Part shown: piece after piece, positions 1 through 12,235 of the stretch
Layout: each line of letters opens with the position of its first letter
How positions within the stretch are numbered: the first letter of the stretch is position 1
Assembly (NCBI GenBank): GCA_013265495.1
Contig: MU058103.1
Span: 248,001-312,000, forward strand
Length of the DNA stretch: 64,000 nt
From: Vicugna vicugna
Taxonomy: Eukaryota
Direction: 5' to 3'
Position numbers and translations under genes: made by a program
The notes under the pieces: model-generated
What the model saw: the letters and a program-made list of their open reading frames with translations, nothing else
What the model was told of the DNA's origin: nothing
Database searches by the model: none

Positions 1-331
1 AGTCTATTAAGTGTGCAATAACATTATGTCTTAAAAAAAAACCCAAAGTACATACCTTAATTAAAAAATACTTTATTGCTAAAAATGCTAACCATCACCT
101 GAGCCTTCAGGGAGTCATGGTAGTAACTTCAAAGACCCCACTGATTTCAGATCACAATACTAAGTATAATAATAGTGAAAGTTCTAAATATTGGAAGTGA
201 GCAAATGCTGTTGGAAAAATGTCCCTGACAGCCTTGCCCCACATAGGGTTACTACAAACCTTCAATTTGTGAAAAACAGTATTATCTGGGAAGTGTAATA
301 ATGCAAAGTGATATAAAACAAGGACTGTCTG
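1..331 (-). mobile_element. Tigger1-derived internally deleted DNA transposon (TcMar-Tigger, MITE-like), truncated by window start
   Basis: The reverse complement of ~150-331 resembles the Tigger1 5' end (cagacagtccttgttttat...ttttcacaaattgaaggtttgtagtaaccct...catttttccaacagcatttgctcactt). It ends at TA (332-333). Bases 1-115 resemble the Tigger1 3' region, joined directly to the 5' region. Confidence 0.8.
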
Positions 332-339
332 TACCAATT

Positions 340-468
340 TTTATATTTACTTTTCAGTTATTTAAAATTAATTTTGATTAAGTTAAAATTTTATTTTCTC
401 AGTCTCGGCCACTTTTCAAGGTCTTGATAGCCACATGTGACTGACTGCTACCGTATCAGACTGCAAGA
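340..468. mobile_element. MER3/MER33-like hAT-Charlie fragment
   Basis: ttctcagtctcggccacttttcaaggtcttgatagccacatgtgactgactgctaccgtatcagac resembles the MER3/MER33 terminal region. Confidence 0.65.
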
Positions 469-2169
469 TTGGGAGAGAAAGAGTGTGAATATGTGTGAAT
501 TTTTTTTTCCTGAATTCATAGAGGGTGGAACATTCTGACAAAATATGTTTATCTTTTATACATTATAATGAGGAGGCCAATTTTCTTCTTTGGTAAAATG
601 CCCAGTTAACATAATCATGACGATGAGTCAGCATTGAAAAAGTTGTTCATTATAAACCAAGACTGCTCTCCTTGAAAAGACTATTGCATACTGACTGATT
701 CCAACAAGACTCCTAAGCATCCCACAGACTGGAGGAGCCTTGTTGGAGGTTGTGTTCCCTGAATCCTCTGTTGTCTGCTCAGCCACCACTGAGTGTCACT
801 GTGGGCCGAGAAGCTAGTACAAAATCAACAACCAAGAGAACTGCCTGAAATGAGAAGAGAAGGGAATGAGAGTGAATGATGATATATTGAATTCTCCTGG
901 ATTTCTTTGCTCTTCTTTTTATTTCTGACACTAGTACACTTCGAAATCCGTAACAAGTACATGAGGAAAATTTAATCAGAGCACAAAGCCACTAAGGAGC
1001 AGCCTGGTAGATAAATATCCCCTATCCTTGAGGAACCTGAAGTTGCCATAATAGTCAATGCAGAGTTGATTAATGTCATGGCAATAAGATTTACTCTTGT
1101 AAGGCTGTATCATCAACATCAAAAATAAGGCTTTGCCTTTGATGCCTTTTCTCCTACTAAATGGCTAATATTTTTGTATTCATTTGATATTGAAGCATGG
1201 GAGTTTTTATTTTTGTTTTTGTTGTCCTTTTTTAAATAGTAATGATTTCTAAATGGTTTTGAGACATTGCACATTAAAGGTCATACACATTTTAATTACA
1301 TGGTATAGAAGCTCAAGAAGTTGTTCTGTAGGTTCAAAGAAGAATGTATATATTTAATATAGGATAGTATATGAGAGCCCATTAAATATATTTCTGTACT
1401 TGTTGCTAGCTTTGGTGAATAGAAAAACAGATTTCAGAGTCAGCTGATATTAACAGAAACAGGCAAATATATACTAGTTTTAAAGAAGTAAGCATCTTCT
1501 AAGTTCAAATTTGTAAGTATTTTTTAATGTGTGGATTATATATTGGATACATCACCTTATAATAAAGAGTGTGCCTGATGGTGGCTTTAAGAAATATACA
1601 ATAATGGTCTTCCAATGACATTTTGTTTACAATAAACCAAAAGCATAAAATTAAAATGAAGGTCTGTGAAGCTACTTCTGTAGGCATTGAAACTGAAAGG
1701 ACCTAGACAGAAGGTTTTGTGTTTGTTTAGTTATTTTACTTTATCCAAGTTTTTAATATAACTTCTAGATATCTGTGAACTACATAATAATACATTTTTA
1801 ATTTATTGAATATATACATATATATTCTTTAACCCTTTCTTAAGTAATAGTTTCACAAAGATTGATCAAAGTAGAATAATTGAATAACATTTCTCTTTAT
1901 TTCCTTCAAATCTCAGGAATCTGAAAATCTCAAGGAGTGAGGAAGCTATCAGTTCAAAATAATCTGGCAGTAGTGAGAAAATTTGATGCTGGATCAGATA
2001 GACATGCTTCAGATGACAAATATTTGCAAGTGAAAACTGATAACTATTATATGTGGTTGAGAATTTTACATGTGTTCACAGTGAAGAATGAGGAAAAGTG
2101 ACTGTCACAAAGGGAAAATAGAGAATTTTGCTCATTTGGAAAGTGGGAAATACCTTCAATTTCATCAGC

Positions 2170-2365
2170 AAACTACTGAACACTTATTACATCCACAGTA
2201 ACTGCGTAGATGTTAGTTTAATAATCCTCAACACAATTGGGTGAGTTAGGATGGTTCAATCCATTTTATTCAATAAACCAAGACCCAGAAAGGTTCTGTG
2301 ATTAACACAAGGTCTGACAGTAACTGTTAGAGCCAGCATTTATTCTTTTGTCTGATACTAAAGAT
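2170..2365 (-). mobile_element. MIR SINE
   Basis: Degenerate reverse MIR core (aatcctcaacacaa...ccatttta...ccaagacccagaaaggttctgtgattaacacaaggtc). Confidence 0.6.
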
Positions 2366-2862
2366 TTTGCTGTTAACCAGTACTCAATTCTAGCTCTGTA
2401 TTAATTTATATAACTCCATATGGGAATGTATTTACCATGGTGATAGTACCATTGCTTAGAGTATTTTTTTTTAATGCACTAATCTAAGGAAAAATTTTCT
2501 GTTAAAAACTCTCCATTTTCTTACCTCTTTCATTCATCTTGAATGCTACCTTAAACTCATCTTACTTAGTTTCCTTAAGATTTGGTATTTTAATGTGGTA
2601 CGGAGTCAATATCTACTTTATAAACATCATGAAAATTAAACTTACTATATATAAAGCAATTACCAAGGCCTAGTCTTAAAGAGTTCTCAATAAATGGTAG
2701 CTATAATTGTCTTCTAAAATCACTTTCCTTATGATGTCCTTCTTGAGAACCTAAATTGACTTTAATACTTTAATTTAATTACTTTAATTTAGATGTCACT
2801 GATTTATATCTGTAGATCAGTTTTCTTTTACATTTAGAATGAAATAACTACATTTTGCCACA

Positions 2863-2928
2863 TTTATCTATCTACCTACCTACCTATCATCTATCTATTT
2901 ATCCATCCATCCTCCCCACCCAACCAAT
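2863..2928 (+). repeat. Compound tetranucleotide repeat (TCTA/CCTA/CCAT/CCAA)
   Basis: tatctatctacctacctacctatcatctatctatttatccatccatcc...cacccaaccaa. Confidence 0.75.
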
Positions 2929-3499
2929 TATTTTTTATTCAGGTGATTTTATAGGATATTTGGTTTGGGGATTTAACAGTTTGCCAAGAAAAGTAGGATT
3001 AGCTAATTTGTTTGTCTGTTTTTGTCTCAGCATCCTGATGACTAAGATGACTAAGATAAAGTTAGAGCTAATCGCCTTTAAAGGTGGTGAAGATTGAAAG
3101 AAACAAGAGAGTAATGACGTGTCCGTAGGGTGATGTTGTGGAGCGCAGTGGAGGTGGTCCTGGGATGAAATGCAGTGATTGCTTCCACAGGGATTTAGGG
3201 TGCTACTGTCCAAATCACAGGACAGTGAGATAGCAAGGTATTAGCCATGAAATCCTCTCCTTGTAGCTGCTGAAGTTCTCACAAAAAAATGCTATCTCAC
3301 CTTGATACTCAAGGTGCTTGTAATGTAGAACATATGGTGATAAAGATAAATGCCAGTCTGGATCAGAAGTATGATGCAGTTTATTGACTATCATATATTT
3401 AGTGTCCATGGAGGGTGTTGGGGAGAGCAGGAAGGAATACAGAACTCGTTGAACAGTTCTCTGAAGAGGCCAGTAATTATTATGGCCTCTCTAAACATT

Positions 3500-3685
3500 A
3501 GTTCCCTTCACTTAATACTCTGAATCACTGTGAAAAATCAGTGGTAGTACCCTCATTATTTAGATGAGTAAAAATTAAGATCAAAGTAATTAAAAGATCT
3601 TTACAGGGTCATATCATTAACAAGTGGTAGAGTTTCAGTATAAAGGTTTAGTCCTTTTATTTCTCCAGCTTGTATTCTTTACATC
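3500..3685 (-). mobile_element. MIR SINE
   Basis: cctcattatttagatgagtaaaaattaagatcaaagtaattaaaagatctttacagggtcatatc is a reverse MIR core. Confidence 0.55.
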
Positions 3686-3689
3686 ATAC

Positions 3690-3920
3690 TAACGGTTTTC
3701 AAATATATTTTCAGTTTTAGAGCACTTTTTTTTGTTCCAAATAAAATCTTTCACAGAAGCTTATATATAAACCAGATTAAAGCTGTGCCTCTTTGTTGGG
3801 TGCAGGTGTGAGGGTCCTGGTGGCTGCACTCTCAAACTCCCATTCCACACCTCGTTTTGACTTCTGGTACACACCCGGGGGTATTCTTAAAGTTCTGTGG
3901 ACCACAGTTTGAAAACTAGG
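3690..3920. mobile_element. MER117-like hAT-Charlie DNA transposon
   Basis: TIR-like ends ggttttcaaa...tttgaaaact. Internal ttccaaataaaatctt...gaagcttatatataaaccagattaaagc resembles the family consensus. Confidence 0.6.
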
Positions 3921-4715
3921 GTATTGCACCATATGTACTCTAAAATAGACCACAAGTCCTTGAGTTCTTTGTTTGTACAGCCGTGTGGCGGAAGACAATC
4001 AGATAATGCCTTTGCTATGAGATTTTACATTCTGAAACAATTTTTAAGGGGAAAGAAGTAGCACAAATAATGGAAACAACTTGCTTGATGGCATATTGAG
4101 TTGTAGTAAAATTTGTGCTATCGTAGGCACAAAGACTTCTGGGTAATTGTCTTTTGGGGCAGGGTATAATACCGTGACCAAATGAGCTATTTTCCCTCTT
4201 TCATTAATAGCTGCTCTGTTTGACTCTGAGAGCTTCAACTAAACCACCAAAATATCTTATCTTAAAATTAAAATAATTTTTTTGCCTGTTCTCCCATAGC
4301 CCCCAGTTGAATCATGGGGATATCTAACTTTTCTGGATACTTTGATTTACAAAATGATACATACTTTTTGCAAGTGAGGAGGAGCAATGTATCCCAGCTA
4401 GCTGCATCCCACTGCTTCTCTCTGATCTTCAGATTTCTTTGCAAGCTGGAGAAAGAGAATTCTGGATGCCTTTTGTATCCCGAACAAAGGAAACAGCATA
4501 GACATCTTTTCTTTACACAAGTTCCAAGTATAAATTCATGGCCTGCTCTTTCTCACCTTTGGCTTCTCCCCAGAGTGTTCAAGGCTGTTCCCAAAACAGA
4601 AGCTCTGCTTGCCTCCATCTGTTTGGTACAGTATCTCTCTAATTACTAGATACCCAAGAATGCACTGGGATTTGACTATAGATGTCTTTAGGTTGACCAA
4701 GTCAATTGCAATAAG

Positions 4716-5289
4716 TGTTCACTTATTAAAAGAAGCCAACACAGGTCTAATCTAAAGGGATATCGCTCTGATAGTTTCATATAGCCATCCCCTTTATCCC
4801 TAATATCAATCTAAGAATGAGCAAATCAATGATGGTCAATGGGAAGAAAGTAAGAAGACTATTTATTGAATACAAGAAAAAAAAAGTGCTATCAGGAGGA
4901 CTGATCCAAGAGAGGATAGCAGCTCAGGCCCTTCTTTGTTCCTTCTGTCTCATGCTCTCCCATAGAGGTGGTCTCTTGATTGATTGACAGCTCTTGCTTC
5001 TGGAGTGCTTAGTCATGCCTGTCCTCTTTTGTGCATGTCCTTACCCATGATGCACACAGAAAAACCCACCGGGTGGGGTGAGGGGACCTGAACTGTAATG
5101 CATATTATATTACAATGAGCATTGGGTCATGTCCTGGTAGGTCTGGTCCCAACTGGTTTCTTGCTGTCACTCATTTAGAGGAAATAAAGCCCCTTATGCT
5201 GAAGCAAGGCATATCACCATCTTCCAGACCATCCTCCCTCTCCTCCACCTTATCTGCTTGGATGCCCCCACTTATCTAACTGCCTAACA
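4716..5289 (-). mobile_element. ERV1-class solo LTR
   Basis: Minus strand starts TGTTAGGCAGTTAGATAAG and ends ...GTGAACA (TG...CA). AATAAA lies on the minus strand near 4862-4867. Flanks taag/aaag are a degenerate 4-bp TSD. Confidence 0.65.
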
Positions 5290-5849
5290 AAAGTACCACT
5301 TTTTTTGAATGACTAGAACCAAGAATCATTGTCTTACAGAGATTATAAATATTGTGTGTTTTTGAATATACTATTCTAATCATGAAAGCATACTTTAATA
5401 AGGATATCATTATCTTGGAATCAGATGTTATTAATCCTCCATTAATAGCATATATTTTGAGTATTTCCTCCCAGGAGTGAGAATATGTTACTCTGAGAAA
5501 GGGAAATACTTTTGTCTGTTCATATAACAATTTCTCAGATATCCAGAGAAATATGTCATTTAGGACAGGAGTGCAGAGTTTTGTTCTGTTTGTTTTGTTT
5601 TGTTTTGTTTTGTAAGGATGTCATGTTGATGTGTAAATTCTCCAGGGTGTCTACAAGCAAAGAATGTGTTAAGTAAGGAGACAATCCCTCCAAAGAAATT
5701 ATGTGTCTAATACGAAAAGAACAATAACAGCATCATGGCCCCAGCTCTTAAAATTTAGAGACACTATCGGCAACATAGGAATTCAGTAAAGTATGTGACT
5801 TTGTTTTTAGTTCCTTATTGATTACTGTTTGTGGAATTGTGGAAATAAA

Positions 5850-6015
5850 TAGCATGAGGTTAGGACCATGGAGGCCAGGACCTGGGATCTGGTATAACCC
5901 CTCACTTTCTGTGCAAACTCGGATTTATAGTTTAAACTTCATCTGCTTCAGTTTCCTCCTGGAATGATGCTGACATGTTTACATGTACCATAGATTTGTG
6001 AGCATTACATATGGG
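5850..6015 (+). mobile_element. MIR SINE
   Basis: aaacttcatctgcttcagtttcctc core. Confidence 0.5.
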
Positions 6016-6319
6016 GGTCAATACTTCATGAATTCTAGTGAAATACAAATATTAAGTACCAGGGAACTGATGACTACATTTTAATATTACAGTCAAGAAA
6101 GCAATTGTTTTACAAATGTATTTGATATATGATTTAGCTAAAAGAGCTTTGGTAAAGTACATTTAAAATGTAAAAATATTATAATAATAATAAAAACACT
6201 ATCTCTTGCCACCACAGCAGACTCTTGAACAAGATCACAAAACTTATCCTCAAGAAAGGATTGTAGACTAGTTTCCTTTCCATTACTTTATAAAATAAAG
6301 ATACAAGGATAAATCTAGG

Positions 6320-6580
6320 GTGCTATGGGTAGCAACAAGTTCTTTGAGATCAGATTAGGTTGAGTTTGACTTCCAACTCTATCTTTCTTTTTCTTTTTTA
6401 TTAACTCTGGACAGTGTGTTTATCTGCTTCTAGTCTCAGTTAGCTCATCAACAAAATTGAAATAATAATGCATCTCTTATTGTGTGTAGATGTGTGAGGT
6501 GGGGGACTGAATACGACAATATAAATTTGATTAACACAGCATCAGTTGAATAGGACATGTTAAACACTTGTTAGTTTCTG
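6320..6580 (+). mobile_element. MIR SINE
   Basis: ctttgagatcagattaggttgagtttgac...tctcagttagctcatcaacaaaattgaaataataatg...aaacacttgttag. Confidence 0.6.
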
Positions 6581-7179
6581 TCTTTCCTCAGAAAACCTCA
6601 TGGTGTTGGCTAAGGCATCATCCCTTAGTTAAATACATCCTAGCTGTCTGAGACATGACCCTAACGTAACTGTAGAAGTGGTACCTTAAAATAATCACAC
6701 TACTCTTTTACATAAGCTTAGCCTGGAGAGAAAAAGCTTTGGCACCTTCATAAGCAGATAGGCTATTTCTAAGACCAAGAGAGGGAAGATAAGCTCTCAG
6801 AAGGGCTCCTAATTAGCTAGGTAGTGTGATAATACAATTTTTCCAATACAAGGAAATGGTTGACATCAATGCCTTTCCCACATACCTATGTCAAGATGCA
6901 GTCATTTATTTGAAGGGAGCAGGAAGATGTCCTGTCTATGACACAGAGGGTACTTCTTCAGGGAGCTTCTGTATAAGTCCAAGAATGCCCATAGGGCTGA
7001 CTCATGCCTTCACAGAGCCAGCCTTCTTCCAGACCAAACCCCAGTGCTTGGAATGGTTGGAAAAGTTGAGTGGTTGATTTTGATTTCCAAAGAGCGATAT
7101 TAACCTTTATAGACCCCTAATGAAGAGAGGTGATCCTTCACTTATTCTGATTAATGTCTGAAATTTAAGATTTGGCAAT

Positions 7180-7410
7180 TTAGAAACAGGATCTTCAGAA
7201 TCACATGGACTTGGGTTTAAATGTGGCTCTTCCATTTCCTAGCTGTGTGATTTGAGAGAAGGAATTTAAACTCTGTAAACCTCTATTTAATTAAATTTTA
7301 AATTGACACAATGTCTATCTCATGTGGAGAGAAATGACTGAATACATGTGAAATATCAAGATGAATGCCTGATGTTAGGCAGAAACTCAGAGCTCAGCAA
7401 AGTGTCTATT
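7180..7410 (+). mobile_element. MIR SINE
   Basis: ggacttgggtttaaatgtggctcttccatttcctagctgtgtgatttgag. Confidence 0.65.
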
Positions 7411-7499
7411 TTTGTCAATACTAAACATCAGCAACAAGTAACATGTAAGCTTTTCCTGTGTGTCAGAGATTCTATTGCTATTTCAGGCATCTACCAGAA

Positions 7500-7740
7500 T
7501 GCAATGTAGTGGTTAGATACCAGTTTTGGAGGCTGAAAGCCTGGGTACATTTTCCACTTGTACCTCTTACTTTACTACGTAACTTTAGCTTTTCTAAATT
7601 TCTGTTTCCTTGTCTACAAAATGGGAATGCTATCAAAACCAGGTTTATCTCATTGTTGTAGACAGTCGATGTGATGGATGGTGTAAAGTACTTGGAAAAT
7701 GCCTGGCATATGGCAACCATTTAAACAGTGGTGTTTTATG
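7500..7740 (+). mobile_element. MIR SINE
   Basis: tgtagtggttaga...cctgggt...ctgtttccttgtctacaaaatggg...tgtaaagtactt...tgcctggcatat. Confidence 0.7.
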
Positions 7741-7967
7741 TTATTATGACTGTAATGATTATTGTCACCTTGGCATGTTAGGTTGTATGCTAAGATGCAG
7801 GCACAGAGAATGATTTATCCTCTGTAATTATTAATTCCCATGTGACTATTTTGTGATAGAAAATATCAAAGTCCTGCTGTGAAACAATTCTTCTGTAACT
7901 GGCTGTTTGATTGTAAGTAAATCTTTGGTTGAGCCTTGGAACCATCTTCATTCATAAAGTCATAAAA

Positions 7968-8566
7968 TCTATTAGTTTTCAATTGCTGCTGTAACATATT
8001 GCCTCAAATCTACTGAAAACAACACCTGTTAATTAACTCATGGTTGCTGCAGGGCTGAAGTCTGGCATGGCATGTCTAGATGCTTTGCTTAGGAGCTCAC
8101 ATGTCTTAAGTCAAGGTGTGTTGGCTTACGAAATTTCGGGATACTCTGGGGAAGAACCTACCTCCAAACTCCTTCAGGCTATTGGCAGAATTCAGTTCCA
8201 TAGGTTGTGGGACTGAGGTCACTTTTCTTGCTGGGCAGCCCTTAATTCCTAGAAGACTGTCTCTGGTCCTGGTACATGACTCCTTACATCTCGGAACCAG
8301 CATAGGCACATAGAATCCTTACTAAGTCTGAAATGTCTCTGAGTTTCTCTACCACTGTATCTCTCAGCCTTCAGCTGGAGGAAGTTCTCTGTTTTCATGG
8401 GTTCATCTGTTTAGATTGGGTCCACCTGGATAATCCAGGGTACTCTCTCACTTTCAAGGTCTGTGATCCTAATCTGTAAAGTCCTTTTGCCATGTATCAT
8501 AAGACATTTACATGTTCTAAGGACTTGCATATGGACATCTTTGGGGGGACCATTCTGCCTACCACA
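7968..8566 (-). mobile_element. MLT1 (ERVL-MaLR) solo LTR, MLT1D/E-like
   Basis: tattagttttcaattgctgctgtaaca...ggcagaattcagttcc...gattgggtccacctggataatccagg...aagtccttttgccatgta...gaccattctgcctaccaca is the reverse MLT1 consensus. Confidence 0.85.
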
Positions 8567-11539
8567 GGAAATAACACCTTAAAGTACACTGTGATGAGTC
8601 AAGTAGTATGTGAGAAGTTGTTTAACATAATATCAATACAAGTAGTAGTTGGTCAATAAATACTCATTCTTATTTTCCTTAATTTTTACCCAAAATGCAT
8701 TAGATTTCTAAAAGATAGCTTCAACATGGAAGATAATTGATATGAAAGTACTTAGAAATTTTAGAAGCACTATACAAACTCAAGTTCTTATGCTTATAGA
8801 ATATATAAGGGCATATACAACAAACAGTGACTGACTACTGCAAAATTCTGTACTGCATGTTAGATATTCCAAATGGAAAATTACCAGTGGCATCATTACA
8901 TGGAAGCCTATGTGACCTGGAGTTCATTTCACCTAAGATTTATGATATATAAATGATTCAGGTTTTTTTGTTTTTCCACTTTATTTTTTTTCTTCCTCCA
9001 CAAAGTTATGCTTTGTCAGATTAAAAAAATTTTGACTTTTATTATTTATTTTCTCCAAGCACATTTGGAAAGGAATGCATACTATATTCACATTCATAAG
9101 GATTGTGCCTGCATAGATAAAGAAATAAGCAATAATAATACTTTATTAGTTTATATAATAACAAGTTCACAATGTTTACTAGACAGATTTGTAGGTTCAG
9201 GCATTCAGAAAAAAGGGTGGTCTTAGAAAAGTATTTTTTTAATTTTAATGTCCTAAAGCTAGAAATAATCAATGTATAATTTGAAGTTAAAAAAAAAAAC
9301 CTAAGAAGGAAACTAAAATCTAATATAATTGCATCACCTAGAGCAGTGATAACCACATTAAGAAGAGTTTATTTCATGGTTGCGATCATACTGTTTCCCT
9401 TTACTATATAATTTTATAACAAGCGTTTTCTGCTCAGTCTCAAAATGTTTGGGAATATGCTTAGTGTGATAGCCTAATATCTCATTGAAAACATCTTATG
9501 ACAGTAATTTCAATTAATAACTGTTTTCTCAGTGCCTATGAAGTGCCAAGCACTGTGCTGAAACTGGGCTTAGAAAGGTAAGAAAGGGCTGTCTTCTCCC
9601 CAAAGTGTTTTGTGGGGAAAAGACATGTCAACACAGAAGGAAACATACAATGGATTAGTTTCAGTCATCTCTCTTAGGATAGCTATGTAAATGTAGCTCT
9701 CTAACAAGCATTCATATAAATTTTGCACACAAATTGTCATTTTATGTCAGACATCATTTTTTTCCAAACTGGCAGCTTTATGGTCAATATCAATAATTGT
9801 TCATAATTTAGCTGGGTTTATTAATGAATATTCAATTACCTTAGGACCTTTAAACAATTCAACAATCCTGAATTCTCAATTTGTTCTGCAATGTCAGGGT
9901 GGTAATGACCATAAATAACAGTCCCCTTCTTTTGGGGCACTCTCATCTTAATTACATGTTTGCTCCATGCACTCAACTAACTGGAATTTTATGATCCAAA
10001 TGTGATTTACAGCTTTAAATTAAATAATTATCTGAAGTGCCACCAGGGCTACTGGGACGGGTGATGTGAAATCTGATCTATCTTGTGGAGCTTAATGTCT
10101 CCTAAGAATGGAAACCAGCTCAGGAATTCATTGCCTGTTTTATTGTCTCCTGCAACGTGGCCATTTAGATCAGGAAAGTGAAAAGAAAAAAAAGCAGAAA
10201 ATGTATTATCTGTCTCAAACCTATGGCAGCCAAGTGAAAAGATTTAGAAAGTCATAAAAATTACTCTACAAAAGGAAAAAAGAGTATGGAAATAATTTGA
10301 TCTGGGTGGTTTGGAAGAAATGGACCAGAATAACTCTTGTCTAGCAGTTCATGAAAATACTGCCGAGTATTGTACCTTTATGTAATTGCTGGGGGCCGTA
10401 TGTTACTTCAGATCTGCTAACAAACAAAAAATTTAAAATTCAATAGCCACTCCCACCCACCACTGCTCTCTCGCATGTGCTTGAATTATTATAGTCATGG
10501 AAAGAAAAAAAAATATGTTTTCTACATATAAGACCAGGGCAAATCAACGTGATAACATTTATTATTGAGATGTACGTAAAATACAAAGGGGATACAGAGG
10601 AAAGAGAAATGTGTTATTTAAGAGGCTGAAGATATCTTAGAGATCACCTATAGCCCACATCTTCCCCTTTGAGGGTAAACTAAGGTGCAGGCTAACTGTG
10701 GGTTGCCCCAGGTAACAATGGCAAGACTATGCAACTGAATTCTGAATGCCGTTTTCACTAGACTTTTCTCCCCTCACTATCTGTCTGCTCTTTGTGCAAC
10801 TTAACTGAAAACTTCATATATCTTCCCTAAAGAGATTTTCCCTCAGCCTCCAATACCTATCCTTGGATCAAGACAGAGGCTTGCTCTGTATGAATTTATG
10901 TTTCAGCCTACAATATTACTTCTTCATGTATTTCTTGAAGTCCTATTAGACTGTAGAGATAGCTATGGACAAGAAGGTCAGCATCCTTTGTCTGATGGAA
11001 CCAACTCACTACTAGGGAATACAATTATAAGCAAATGACTAAAAATAGAATAATTACATGGTGAGAAAGGATATGAAGGAAATCAGCTAGGCACTGAACT
11101 CTTGGGGCTGAGATGAATAGTATGTAGGAGAAGCTTTAGAGGGTGTGGCCAGGGAAGGCCCCTGGCATGAGGTAGCGTTGCAGGAGATGGCAGGCAGGCT
11201 GAAACTTGAAGGATGAGGGGAAGGACTGGCCGCCTAGTATCATACTCTTGTCTTCTCAAATGTATTACACCAACTCCAGCATTCTCTGCAAGTGGCATTT
11301 GTAGCAGTCCCCAGATGTTAGCCTTCTCTGTATCTTAGCATTAAACTTGGAGACTTACATAAGTGCCATGATCTTTTCCTTCTTCTGCCATCTGACCATG
11401 AAACAGGGTCTTAACTGTCCTCTTATATGTAGTAAAAATAAAAGATAACATTGTCATTACATAAAAACTTGTTGATGTGTTCTGTCCTACCAAGTCCAAT
11501 TGAACACAGTGTTGACCCCCAATTCCATTGCTCAGTGCA

Positions 11540-12083
11540 TATCCAGGGAGAGAGGAATTTCCCCCTCTATTCCTCTTGAGCTCTTGTTGGTGGACTAATA
11601 GTAAAATTGACATATGATAGATTAACAAGAGGAAAGGAAATGTATTTTAATCCATGTGCATGGAGGTCACATAGAAATGGGACCTAAAAAGTGGCCAAAG
11701 CAGGAAGCTTTTATACTTTTTAAATGAAGAAACAACAAATCTGTGAGGCACTGACAGAACAAAGAAACTTGGGTTCTAAGTGGTCACTTAGTGAGGAAGT
11801 TAAACAGAATTTGGGCTTGGAGGAGTAAATTAAAGAAGTAGCAAAGTTTGTTTGTACAGGCTTCTTGGCTCAAATTCCTTCTCTCTGGAGATAGGGGTGT
11901 CCTTCTGCCTCCAGATGTAGGGATTGCACCTTTCACAAGAGAGATTTGTTTCCTGCTTTCAGAGAAATAGAAAGGAAGGTCAGCATTGCCCCTCCTTCAT
12001 CAGCCATTTCTTAAATAATTTTAAATCAGAATAACATGCCCTTGTGGCATATTTTGGGGCAGCTCATCCTGAGCCCCAAAACA
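11540..12083 (-). mobile_element. MER34/MER39-like ERV1 solo LTR
   Basis: Minus strand begins tgttttggggctcaggatgagctgccccaaaatatgcc. Plus strand has aaattgacatatgatagattaacaagag and atttgtttcctgctttcag, typical of this LTR group. Confidence 0.75.
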
Positions 12084-12109
12084 TGCCTACTGTTAGTAAT
12101 GGCCTTCCA

Positions 12110-12235
12110 TGCATTCATCCATCCAAGAAACATATACTGAGTACCTACCGTGTATCTGAGACTATGTGATGTGAGGTATGTGAGAGCCACAGATGAGGAG
12201 AGACCAAAGCCTTATGCTCTGGGATCTTGCATCAA
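12110..12235 (-). mobile_element. L2 3' end
   Basis: cattcatccatccaagaaacatatactgagtacctaccgtgtatctgagactatg. Confidence 0.6.
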
